Sequence record: MG655267.1
DNA length: 64,000 nt
Direction: 5' to 3' (one strand)
The notes beneath the pieces were generated by a model. That model saw only the letters and a program-made list of their open reading frames with translations, was not told where the DNA came from and did no database searches. The stretch's first letter is position 1; each line of letters begins with the position of its first letter. Below, piece by piece: positions 1 to 8,951 of the stretch. A program made the position numbers and the translations under genes.

Positions 1-996
1 ATGGCACATGATCATCAATTCAACGAAGCCTCAGACAGAGGGCTATTCGATTATGATGCTGACTGTAAAGTAAGTTACTTTATTAAGTCCGCACTCAAGA
101 CTCCGTTATTCATTCGACAGCGTACCGGATTGGATAATATCATCCCACCGAAGTTTTATGGTGGCGGGGTCATGGATCAGGTGGAAATCATGCTAGAGTT
201 TCAGATCAAGGAGCATGTATTTCTCGACATTAACAGTAAATCAATTGAGGAGCTACCACCCGAGTACGCCGTGATTGCCAAGGCAATTAATGTAATAAAA
301 GAAAAGCGTGTACGTGAACATGGCAACTATTATGTTGGTCGTGTTGTGTATACCTTTACCAGCGAATATTTCGAGCGCTGTAATGGTCAGTTCTATTTCT
401 CTGTGTTGGATATGGTCTTCTCCGTAAACAGCCCAGATGAGACAGACGAGCACCCGTATTGCATTAATGTGCTGCAGCAAACCATGGCCGCGAAATTAAA
501 GGACGATTATGCCGGCTTAGTGACCTATGCAGTTAAGCTGGTAGATTCGCAGACGCGACTAGGCCCAAAGTACATCAACATCGCTGGCGATGTCTTTGAA
601 GTCACACCCACCGAAGGGCAAGGGACCGAATCAGCTGACGGCCTCTATCTCATTGGTGATGCACCGATCCGCAGAGGGAAGAAAGAATCTACTGGGCGTA
701 CACGATTTACGCCACTCGACTCGATACTACAAAGCCCTGAGAAGTATGGATTATTTTCTACTATTGGGGAAGCAAAGCATCGGGGAGATAAACAGTTGGA
801 TGCGGCATTTAATGCATTAGACGCAGCTAACGCGAAGGAACGGAAAGCGCAGCAGAAGATCGCTCAGCTGGAGACTCAGCTGGAAGGGTTTAAAGCAAAA
901 GAGAAACAGGACAATGGACTGGTTCTCAACAAAGGGATAACGGAGCTCATCAAACTTATTACTGCCACTATAGGCATTGTTAAACTCTTGAGGTAA
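1..996 (+). CDS. Conserved hypothetical protein upstream of nvRNAP beta subunit, C-terminal coiled coil
   Basis: 331-aa ORF starting at base 1 and ending 4 nt before the RNAP gene; C-terminal heptad-like segment AANAKERKAQQKIAQLETQLEGFK; no function recognised. Confidence 0.75.
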   Translation: MAHDHQFNEASDRGLFDYDADCKVSYFIKSALKTPLFIRQRTGLDNIIPPKFYGGGVMDQVEIMLEFQIKEHVFLDINSKSIEELPPEYAVIAKAINVIKEKRVREHGNYYVGRVVYTFTSEYFERCNGQFYFSVLDMVFSVNSPDETDEHPYCINVLQQTMAAKLKDDYAGLVTYAVKLVDSQTRLGPKYINIAGDVFEVTPTEGQGTESADGLYLIGDAPIRRGKKESTGRTRFTPLDSILQSPEKYGLFSTIGEAKHRGDKQLDAAFNALDAANAKERKAQQKIAQLETQLEGFKAKEKQDNGLVLNKGITELIKLITATIGIVKLLR

Positions 997-1000
997 CTCA

Positions 1001-2689
1001 ATGGACCCGTTGCTCGAAACAGCTATAAAAAATACCATACCAAAAATGAATCCAGATATCTCTAATGGATTTGTAAAGCGAGAGCTAGACAAAGCACTTG
1101 AATATCTCAACAACGTCTTTGCCAGCGCCTTTGGTAGTTTGGGTTCCAACATTAAGTACATCGGGTATCAGCGTTGTCGTCCCGATGAAGAGTACCGTTT
1201 CAGTTTAAAGCGTAATGGCGGGGCAACAGCTTCGAAGGCACGTTATGAGCTGGCCCGGTCTGATGTGTTTCTCACCAAGTTCAACTTCACGGTCGATGGA
1301 AAAGCAACCAAGCCATTGCTGCTCTATGTGCCGTACTGTGATGACACTGGACTGATGCACCTGCGTGGGACAGCACACACCATCTCACCTGTCTTGGAAG
1401 ATCCAGGGATCTCTGTGACACGGGATGGTTGTTTCTTTCGCGTGACCTGTGACAAGATCGTGGTGAAACGTACTGGCCATACGGTCTGTCGCGATACCAT
1501 GGACATCACACAAAAGCGTAAGCGGGTGCAGAAGCACATCAACGTACCGTGGGCGAAGATCTACCGTGCTAAGCAACAGAAAGCGAACTCAGCGAAGACC
1601 GCACCGGTTACCTCGCTGCCGCACTATCTGTTTGCGAAGTATGGTGTCACGCACACCTTCAAGAAGTATGCCGGTATGGATGTGGTGTTCGGGACTGAGT
1701 TGGATATCACACCTCAGAACTATCCTGACAATGAGTGGACACGGTTCTATTCCGCTAAACAAACCCATCCTAACAACAAGCGTCCGTCCCAAGAGTGGGT
1801 GCCAACGGCTGCAGCGTTAGCTGTCAGAACCACCGCACCGTCTCAGTTGGTGGATATCTTGGTGGCAGGCTACTTCTATGTCGCTGACTGTTATACCCAT
1901 GAATTCAATCCGATTCACTCTGATGAGCCAGATCATTGGCGTCTGATGATGGGTAAGATGGTCTTTAACAAGACGGTCAAGTATGTGCAGATGACAGAAT
2001 ACCTGGCACCGCACTTTGCCTCACTTGATACGTACCTGGACGACATCGCCAAAGAGAACCTGGCCGAAGAAGGGGTGTTGTGTGAAGACGTGTATGAGCT
2101 GATGACTTACATCATTGCGAACCTGGATCACATGATCAACACTGTGAACCTGGCTAGCATGTACAACAAGAAACTCGTTGTATTGCCGTATGTGTTATCA
2201 CCGATCATTCACGGGATCTTCTATACCAAGTTTAACCTGATGCAACAATGCAAGAAGCGTGCTGTTGATACCACCACTGGTGAAGAGATCATGGTGTTCA
2301 CGGAAGACACGTTATTTGATGTTCTTGGACGTAACCTGAAGCCGGAAGCGATTAACAAAGTGAAAGGGCCAGACCATGGCATGATTAGCTCTGTTGCAGC
2401 CCCAGGCGACAATAAGATGTTTAAGATAAATAACAAGATTACACTACAGCAAAATGCAACACAATCAGGTGGGCGTCGTAATGAATCACCGATGACCGAT
2501 GATTCGAAAGGACTGGATGTCAGTATTGCAGACTGTGCATCGTATCTCCACATTACGAAACCCGATCCGACTGGCCGCTCTTTATTTAACCCCTTTAAGT
2601 TATTGGTACGTGATAAACTGCTTCCGTCCGTTAAATATGAAAAACTGTTTAGCGTAACGCAGGCGATTATCTATCGTCGCAATATTTAG
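1001..2689 (+). CDS. Non-virion RNA polymerase beta subunit, N-terminal part (phiKZ gp123-like)
   Basis: 562 aa; N-terminus MDPLLETAIKNTIPKMNPDISNGF and motifs YIGYQRCRPDEEY, LLLYVPY, ISPVLEDPGISV recalled as gp123-family features; position before portal/baseplate block matches phiKZ-like synteny. Confidence 0.8.
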   Translation: MDPLLETAIKNTIPKMNPDISNGFVKRELDKALEYLNNVFASAFGSLGSNIKYIGYQRCRPDEEYRFSLKRNGGATASKARYELARSDVFLTKFNFTVDGKATKPLLLYVPYCDDTGLMHLRGTAHTISPVLEDPGISVTRDGCFFRVTCDKIVVKRTGHTVCRDTMDITQKRKRVQKHINVPWAKIYRAKQQKANSAKTAPVTSLPHYLFAKYGVTHTFKKYAGMDVVFGTELDITPQNYPDNEWTRFYSAKQTHPNNKRPSQEWVPTAAALAVRTTAPSQLVDILVAGYFYVADCYTHEFNPIHSDEPDHWRLMMGKMVFNKTVKYVQMTEYLAPHFASLDTYLDDIAKENLAEEGVLCEDVYELMTYIIANLDHMINTVNLASMYNKKLVVLPYVLSPIIHGIFYTKFNLMQQCKKRAVDTTTGEEIMVFTEDTLFDVLGRNLKPEAINKVKGPDHGMISSVAAPGDNKMFKINNKITLQQNATQSGGRRNESPMTDDSKGLDVSIADCASYLHITKPDPTGRSLFNPFKLLVRDKLLPSVKYEKLFSVTQAIIYRRNI

Positions 2690-2701
2690 TGAGCCTACAT
2701 C

Positions 2702-2878
2702 ATGAAACAGAACGCTGAGATCGATTCGTCTATTATTTCTACCGGTAATATCTTCCAGGCACACAAGCCAGCCCCAGTTGGTCGTTGTGATCTGTCGGGT
2801 GAATCACAGAAACGCTCACAGAGCATGACAGAAGAAGATAAGGCGGCAGTAGCCAAACGTTTTGGTTTGACTAAATAA
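2702..2878 (+). CDS. Small hypothetical protein (58 aa), below ORF-track cutoff
   Basis: ATG 2702 to TAA 2876-2878, MKQNAEIDSSIISTGNIFQ...AKRFGLTK; fills the gap between two + genes; weak RBS. Confidence 0.45.
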   Translation: MKQNAEIDSSIISTGNIFQAHKPAPVGRCDLSGESQKRSQSMTEEDKAAVAKRFGLTK

Positions 2879-2925
2879 TTAACTTTTTGTAAGCAGATTG
2901 TTTTAGTCTGCAAAAGGAAACCGTT

Positions 2926-5397
2926 ATGAGCAATATGTACCCACCGCAGATGATGATGGCCCAAGGAGGGTTGTATCCTCAGCAAGGGATGTATCCGCAG
3001 CAGCAGATGATGCAACCCCCGATGATGATGCAACAACAAGCTCCACAAATCGATAAGCAAGCTTTAGCACAGGCTTTTGCAAAGTTTATCGATCAGGCGG
3101 CCACGCAGAACCAGAACCAGCTGACTGCCTATATCCACATGCGTTACACACAGAACCAGTATCAGAACCAGCAGTTCCAAACTGCGGTGAACACGGTGCT
3201 GGCGATGTACATGTTGGCGCTGCAGACAGCCCCTGGTATGCCACCGCATCAACTGCAGGGTCAAGCGGTGGTTGATGCATACGAAATCCACGCCATTCTG
3301 GAGTTGCAGCAGAACCCCCAGATGGTGCAGGCTTTGGCGCCGAATATCATTCAGGCGCTTGTGCAGAACATCCCGCGCTTACAGCAGCAGTTAAATCAAA
3401 GCTTCCCGCAGCTGCAGTTGCAAGTACCGCAGCTTAATGTTCCGGGTTATCAGCTGCAGAATACCATGCAGCCGCAGCAGCACATGTTACCTGGCTATAA
3501 TGCCATGATGCCACCGATGCAGGGTTATGCACCGGTACCGCAGCAGGGGATGTATCAGAACAGCATGATGCCTGGTCAGCCGTACAATGGTTATAACGCG
3601 CAGACTAATGATAACCTTGGCATGAGTGATGCCCGTGCTCAGTTACCTGCACCGCCAGCCGATGGTAAGTATTACGGTCCAGCGAGCATCGGTAACAACA
3701 CCGACAACAAACCAGCCAACACCGTGCAGCCTATTGCGGTCGCCGGCTTTGAAGTCAGTGAAGCGCGTGTACCAATGCATGCGGTGGGTGTGTTGGAAGA
3801 GTACAGCACACCTAACCTGCAACAAGCGATGCAACAGCAGCAAGACATGCCAATGCCGAGTAACATCGACTTTGACAGTGTGATGTCGCTGGAAGAGGAA
3901 GAGCACGAAGAACCGATGTTCAACATCCCGATGGCGGATGAAGAGCAACTGGTGCTGAATGCGGGCACGGATGACGAGCCGTATCAGAGTCCGTTCCCGT
4001 CATTCTCTCAGATCTTCGGTCAGCCTGCCTCAGGCGCTAACATCAGTGCAGCAGCAGAAGCGGCGATGACACCACCTCCTGCTGAAGCGTTACTGTCTCA
4101 GCCGGTTGCAAACAAACCGACGGTTGTGGTAACCAAAGCTGCTGAAGTGTCACCAGACGGTCTGCCAGATGGCTGGATGTTCACTGAGTCGCTGGAAGCC
4201 GGTGAGTTCCTGAAGCTGATCCGTGCTGCTAAACGCAATCGTAAGAATCCACTGCCGATTCATTACGACCGTACTTTCATGACCCGCTTGTATCGCTATA
4301 ACCAAGATGGTGCGATTGAGCAACGTATCGTAGGAGAAACCATGGACAGACTTCGTCACGACCTATCCTCACTGGACGAGGTAGATAACCAAGGGGCACG
4401 TGAGCAAGCAGCACTGTTCGCGCCACTGACCACTGCTACTATTGATGAAGTCAATAAGGTAGTGAAGGAAGCAGAGAAAGACAGCGGGAAAGTGACTGAG
4501 AAGCTGAAAGAGAAAGACATCGTCGTTCTTAGCAAGCCAGTGACTGTATCGTGTCGTCAAGAAGCGGCTATCCTGGTGGCAGCCAAAGCTGGCGAGATTC
4601 AGAAACTCAACAGCAACAAACACGGTTATGAGTACTACTACCGTGAAGCGATGGTGCTGCAAACCACCAAGAACGTGGTGGCGTTATTGGAGAACCCAAC
4701 TGTCAAAGCGTTGTCTCAGCGTTCACAGGTGAACAACCTGGTTGAGCTGGCAGAAGCGATCCGTGCAGCGCGTGCAGAAGGTGCGTTAAGCCCACAGGCA
4801 CTGACCAAGCTGACCGACCACATGATGGAAGTGTTTAACGACATGCTCACTCATGATTACGGTTATGCGGGTGAACTGGTGCTGACCGGTAGCGATGAAG
4901 ACGGTAACAAAACCCAGCTGGAAGATGAGCTGATGGACTTCGTGGTCTACATGGACAGTAATGAAGATCATCGTGAAGTGCTGGATCTGATCCATAAGCG
5001 TTGGATTCCGCTGCGTGAGCGTCTGTGCATTATCTTAACGGATGGTGCCTTAACCTCTGCACAACGTATCCTGGCCAAACGTTACGGTTCAGACGATGAC
5101 ATGGATGCGATGGTTGATGCGACCAGTAACATGCTGATTGCAATGACCTCGGTTAGCGTAACCAACCTCAACAAAACCAGCCGTGAGCTGAAGCTTGATG
5201 ACAAGGACCGTATCTTCGCTGTAAACGCGTCTGACAGCCCGTATCTGTACAGTGTGTTGAAAGGTATCACTGAGCGCACTAAACAGCACACATCGCGTTA
5301 CACGAAGCATCGTGTGGTAACGGCAGATGGTCGCTTCCTGAACTTCCGCTTAGGTGGTTTGGGTGACGGCAGTGTCTTCATTGCCAACTTTGAGTAA
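2926..5397 (+). CDS. Hypothetical protein with Q/M/P-rich low-complexity N-terminus and globular C-terminal region
   Basis: 823 aa; RBS AAGGA; first ~310 aa dominated by Q, M, P, N, Y. Confidence 0.85.
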   Translation: MSNMYPPQMMMAQGGLYPQQGMYPQQQMMQPPMMMQQQAPQIDKQALAQAFAKFIDQAATQNQNQLTAYIHMRYTQNQYQNQQFQTAVNTVLAMYMLALQTAPGMPPHQLQGQAVVDAYEIHAILELQQNPQMVQALAPNIIQALVQNIPRLQQQLNQSFPQLQLQVPQLNVPGYQLQNTMQPQQHMLPGYNAMMPPMQGYAPVPQQGMYQNSMMPGQPYNGYNAQTNDNLGMSDARAQLPAPPADGKYYGPASIGNNTDNKPANTVQPIAVAGFEVSEARVPMHAVGVLEEYSTPNLQQAMQQQQDMPMPSNIDFDSVMSLEEEEHEEPMFNIPMADEEQLVLNAGTDDEPYQSPFPSFSQIFGQPASGANISAAAEAAMTPPPAEALLSQPVANKPTVVVTKAAEVSPDGLPDGWMFTESLEAGEFLKLIRAAKRNRKNPLPIHYDRTFMTRLYRYNQDGAIEQRIVGETMDRLRHDLSSLDEVDNQGAREQAALFAPLTTATIDEVNKVVKEAEKDSGKVTEKLKEKDIVVLSKPVTVSCRQEAAILVAAKAGEIQKLNSNKHGYEYYYREAMVLQTTKNVVALLENPTVKALSQRSQVNNLVELAEAIRAARAEGALSPQALTKLTDHMMEVFNDMLTHDYGYAGELVLTGSDEDGNKTQLEDELMDFVVYMDSNEDHREVLDLIHKRWIPLRERLCIILTDGALTSAQRILAKRYGSDDDMDAMVDATSNMLIAMTSVSVTNLNKTSRELKLDDKDRIFAVNASDSPYLYSVLKGITERTKQHTSRYTKHRVVTADGRFLNFRLGGLGDGSVFIANFE

Positions 5398-5405
5398 CCC
5401 ATAAC

Positions 5406-5433
5406 AGGAGAGCTTCGGCTCTCCTTTATGCCG
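5406..5433 (+). terminator. Hairpin + TTATGCCG terminator-like element
   Basis: AGGAGAGC-TTCG-GCTCTCCT then TTATGCCG, 8 nt after stop codon. Confidence 0.75.
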
Positions 5434-5669
5434 GCTAGGTTTTCCACCCATCTCCTCTATCGGACAACAGATATAGATAGCGTCTGATCAACGTCATTGA
5501 TTACACCTTATTCTACAACCCCAACGTAACCTGTCGACATTCATAAGGGAATGCCACACCGTTGTTTATGTCCGTCCTTATAAAAGAAGCGACCAAGCAA
5601 AAGACCAATAATCCGCAAGCCTTCTTTAAACTAAACCTGTTCTCTTTTCTTATTAATCTGGAGTGTTGT

Positions 5670-6002
5670 ATGGATTTCTCATTTCTACTTGATCAAAACC
5701 CGTTGAGCTATTACAAAAACGAGTTACCGGCCTTAGTCCGTGAACTTAATCGCTCGATGGAAGATGATGCCCGTGTTTCTTGTGAAGACGCACTGAATGC
5801 GCTGGTGCATCTCTTTGCAACACCGGGTGAGCTCATCAGCCTTACTATTCAGCGCCACTGTAGCATCGCTGAGCAGAAGCTGCGTTATACGGCAAAGTTC
5901 ATCAATGACACGGTGGTCACGGTCGAAGGACCTGAACCAATGGATCTGCGCTATGTGCTAGGGACTGCAGTATTTAACGCCATTACCATTCCTATCAAAT
6001 AA
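5670..6002 (+). CDS. Hypothetical protein (110 aa)
   Basis: ATG 5670 preceded by GGAG RBS (TTAATCTGGAGTG, same context as upstream of 35762); preferred over the track start at 5562. Confidence 0.65.
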   Translation: MDFSFLLDQNPLSYYKNELPALVRELNRSMEDDARVSCEDALNALVHLFATPGELISLTIQRHCSIAEQKLRYTAKFINDTVVTVEGPEPMDLRYVLGTAVFNAITIPIK

Positions 6003-6004
6003 AT

Positions 6005-6060
6005 CGGCATAAGAGGAGAGGCATTTGCCTCTCCTCTGTTATGCTACTTCTTTTTTTTTT
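6005..6060. terminator. Bidirectional terminator between convergent genes
   Basis: CGGCATA-AGAGGAGAGGC-ATTT-GCCTCTCCTCT-GTTATGCT, then T10; motif on both flanks. Confidence 0.8.
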
Positions 6061-6063
6061 GGT

Positions 6064-8919
6064 TTAGAACGTGAACTTCGGGTTTTTCGAGTCGTCGTCG
6101 TTGAAGTCGTCATCCGTCGGATCTTCAAGACTCGGATCAACGGCATCATCATCCGGATTAGTGGTATCGTCCGGGTTCTGTGTGTCATCCGGGTTCTGCT
6201 CATCTACCGGAGGTTCGTCACCATCGGTCGGTGGTGTCGGCATGGCAAACGGGTCAGCTTCACCCTCATCCGGTGCAGCATTCGGATTAGCGGCGGTATC
6301 ACCCAGCTGCTCATCTTCCTTCAGCTTATCGTATTTACTCTGCAGCTTCTCTTCGACTTTCTTCTTATCTTTCAGATACGTGAGAATGCCTTCCCAGACA
6401 TTTTCATTGTAGCTGATGATTTCAGAAAGCAGGGCAGCGGTAGCGTTAGTGTCTTCACCCAGATCATTCAGGATTGCGTATTGCTGCGCATTACCGGAAT
6501 CATCCATCCACTTACGCATGTACATTGCCACCAGAGACTGACGCCAGGTTTCCAGATCCTCTTCAGAGCCATCCAGGAACTTGCCCACCACGGCATCTGG
6601 GAAGCGGTCATTGATGACAGCCTCGGTGTGTTCACGACGTGTCTGGTAGGCACGGGTGATCTCTTCCAGGTCGGTGGTTTCAGGTTCAGGCAGGGTGACG
6701 ATGATTGAGTTAATGAAGTTGGTCAGCAGACGTGCTGCAATCGCATCTTCATCCTTAGCAACATCCGGGTTATTGGCTTTGAAGTCCTCAAACATCTTCC
6801 TGCCTTTAGCAGAAGACGGACTCCAGAGATTCTTGTTGCTATGAATGACGTCATACAACTCATTCATCAAGTTACCGGATTTGGCAGTCAGTTTACGCAC
6901 CAGGTCAGAGGCATGACCACACACCACACGCTGTGACACGGTGATCTCTTGCGAGTACAACGCATCGTTGTTGATGTGCTCGATGGCAAACTTAATGTCG
7001 TTCTGCGACGAGATGAGTTCAGGGCGAATCCCCCACATCTGTGACAGGAACTCCATCAAGCGGTCATTCCACTCTGGATCAGGCGGAGTGATGTCACGCT
7101 TGCCGTGAGAGATATCTGCATCAATCGACGGGTAGTGATCGTTACCACTGGTCTTTACAATCACGCTGGCACTGTCGAGGATGTTACACACATCACGCGG
7201 GTTCTTGGCACCGATGATCGAGGAGAGACCGAGGGTAGAGTTCAAGTGCGTGGTGATCACATCTTCGATGGTGTTTTCTGGCTCTGGGTCATCCTCATCC
7301 AGCGGGATGTTCAGGGTGGTGATGTTCACCGAGTTCGCGACGTTAGCAAGCGTAGTCGCAATGATGTTGGTCATCGCCATGGACGCATACAGACGTGAGC
7401 GGTCTAACAGAGAACGACCAATACCAAACCGGTTGTAGTCGAAAGCGAAGTAGGTCATCGCTTCTTCTGGCAGGTACAGGATACGGGTCTGCAGGTTACG
7501 GCAAGTACGGGCAAACATGATACGCATGACTTCGTTGGTTAACCCTACGGTCATGGTCTGGCCATAAGTGCCATTAGCCAGGCGCTGCACCAGATCTTTC
7601 TCCACTTCTTCGACATACTTGTTGTAGAAGGCAGACGTATCAAAGGTACATTTATTACCCGACTTCATCTCCGCAGCCATGGCAATGATGCCTTTGGTGC
7701 TGTCGATGGCGCTGTTGGTATCTTGACGGTTCTTCATCTGATCTTGATAGAACTGATCATTCTGCGCCGTACGCACTGGGTTGCCGTGTTCATCCAACAG
7801 AACGAAGTAGCCAACGCGGTGTTTAAAGTCACCCGGGACGTGCACCGGGATCACACACTCTGAGGGCAGGTGCATCAGTAATGGCTGGCCAACGTTTTCT
7901 TTAGACAGCTCGTCGTCACGTCCAACCGTGATGTTATTGGTCGCTACGTAATCACGCTGTTTAAAGAGGTCGTTGTAGACATTGCTGTACTGCTCATCTG
8001 TTAACACCGGTGTCTGGGCAACTTTACTGTCTTTGTCCTTACCGCCTTTTGCTTTCGCCCCACCTTTATCTTCCAGTGCCTCCATACCGGCACGGCGCAG
8101 ACCTAACGGGATACGGTTCTTCTTCGACAGGTTGTGTCGCGCTAACGCCAGCTTAAAGCGCGGCAGACTTAACACCGCATCGTTATCGGTGATGGTCAGC
8201 CCCAACTCATTTTTATTATCACCATTCAGATGGTGCATGGTCATAATAGGCGTTTCGCCACTCATCAACGATTCGAGCGACGCGGTCATCAGCATATTAG
8301 AGCTACCTGGGTTACCCAGATAGCCACGAGAGCGGAACTGTTGGGAGTGTGCGTCGTAGTCATCAGCAATCGCTTCCATGCCAGAGCCACGGGTATAGCC
8401 GTTAATCACGTTATCCAGTGACGACTGGGAAAGCACCGCCCAGGCTGAGGAACCGGTCTTAAATAACATGTCCGGAACGATGTCAGCAAGTTTGTCAGTA
8501 ATTTTATAGTTCTTTTCTATGTACTCCCGCACTGCGCTGATCAAAAGACTGTTAAGCTCTGTGTTCTTACCTTCATACGCTTCTGTGGTATAAGTCAGGG
8601 AGACCGTGCGTAAGTTACGCGGAGAGAGAATAGACGCCGTAAGGATCTTACACGCCTTTAAGGCTCCGGGTACACTTTCCATCAATTCGGTATTCGAGTC
8701 GATACTGGTACTGGTCAGTTTGGAGATGTTTTGGAGCATCCCTGCAGAAGGACCACCATCCCGGTTGGAGCGCCCTGTACGTTTGGACGTATCCCGCGGT
8801 TTGTTGTCTTTCGGAACCAGTATGTCAATGATCGCTTTTGTCGCAGGATCTTTATTGAGTAAATTCAGTTTTGGCGTAGCAGCACGGCTGTTACCTGCCA
8901 AGCGATTCGATTCGGCCAT
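6064..8919 (-). CDS. Portal protein (phiKZ gp129-like)
   Basis: ~951 aa from ATG 8919 (MAESNRLAG, AAGGAG RBS); motifs HLPSECVIPVHVPG, GYFVLLDEHGNP, YFAFDYNRFGIGRSLL; acidic D/P-rich tail; head-to-head with baseplate gene as in phiKZ-like phages. Confidence 0.75.
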   Translation of the reverse strand: MAESNRLAGNSRAATPKLNLLNKDPATKAIIDILVPKDNKPRDTSKRTGRSNRDGGPSAGMLQNISKLTSTSIDSNTELMESVPGALKACKILTASILSPRNLRTVSLTYTTEAYEGKNTELNSLLISAVREYIEKNYKITDKLADIVPDMLFKTGSSAWAVLSQSSLDNVINGYTRGSGMEAIADDYDAHSQQFRSRGYLGNPGSSNMLMTASLESLMSGETPIMTMHHLNGDNKNELGLTITDNDAVLSLPRFKLALARHNLSKKNRIPLGLRRAGMEALEDKGGAKAKGGKDKDSKVAQTPVLTDEQYSNVYNDLFKQRDYVATNNITVGRDDELSKENVGQPLLMHLPSECVIPVHVPGDFKHRVGYFVLLDEHGNPVRTAQNDQFYQDQMKNRQDTNSAIDSTKGIIAMAAEMKSGNKCTFDTSAFYNKYVEEVEKDLVQRLANGTYGQTMTVGLTNEVMRIMFARTCRNLQTRILYLPEEAMTYFAFDYNRFGIGRSLLDRSRLYASMAMTNIIATTLANVANSVNITTLNIPLDEDDPEPENTIEDVITTHLNSTLGLSSIIGAKNPRDVCNILDSASVIVKTSGNDHYPSIDADISHGKRDITPPDPEWNDRLMEFLSQMWGIRPELISSQNDIKFAIEHINNDALYSQEITVSQRVVCGHASDLVRKLTAKSGNLMNELYDVIHSNKNLWSPSSAKGRKMFEDFKANNPDVAKDEDAIAARLLTNFINSIIVTLPEPETTDLEEITRAYQTRREHTEAVINDRFPDAVVGKFLDGSEEDLETWRQSLVAMYMRKWMDDSGNAQQYAILNDLGEDTNATAALLSEIISYNENVWEGILTYLKDKKKVEEKLQSKYDKLKEDEQLGDTAANPNAAPDEGEADPFAMPTPPTDGDEPPVDEQNPDDTQNPDDTTNPDDDAVDPSLEDPTDDDFNDDDSKNPKFTF

Positions 8920-8951
8920 TTTAAAGAGGCTCCTTGCAGTGGGAGAATAGC

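Noticed and set aside
6051-6060. T10 homopolymer as a phase-variation site
   Set aside because: Intergenic and part of a terminator; no effect on a reading frame
6064-6240. Repeats in the portal C-terminus (NPDDT)
   Set aside because: Ordinary low-complexity acidic tail
6025-6708. 227-aa + strand ORF
   Set aside because: Antisense shadow of the portal's acidic C-terminus; its start lies inside a terminator hairpin
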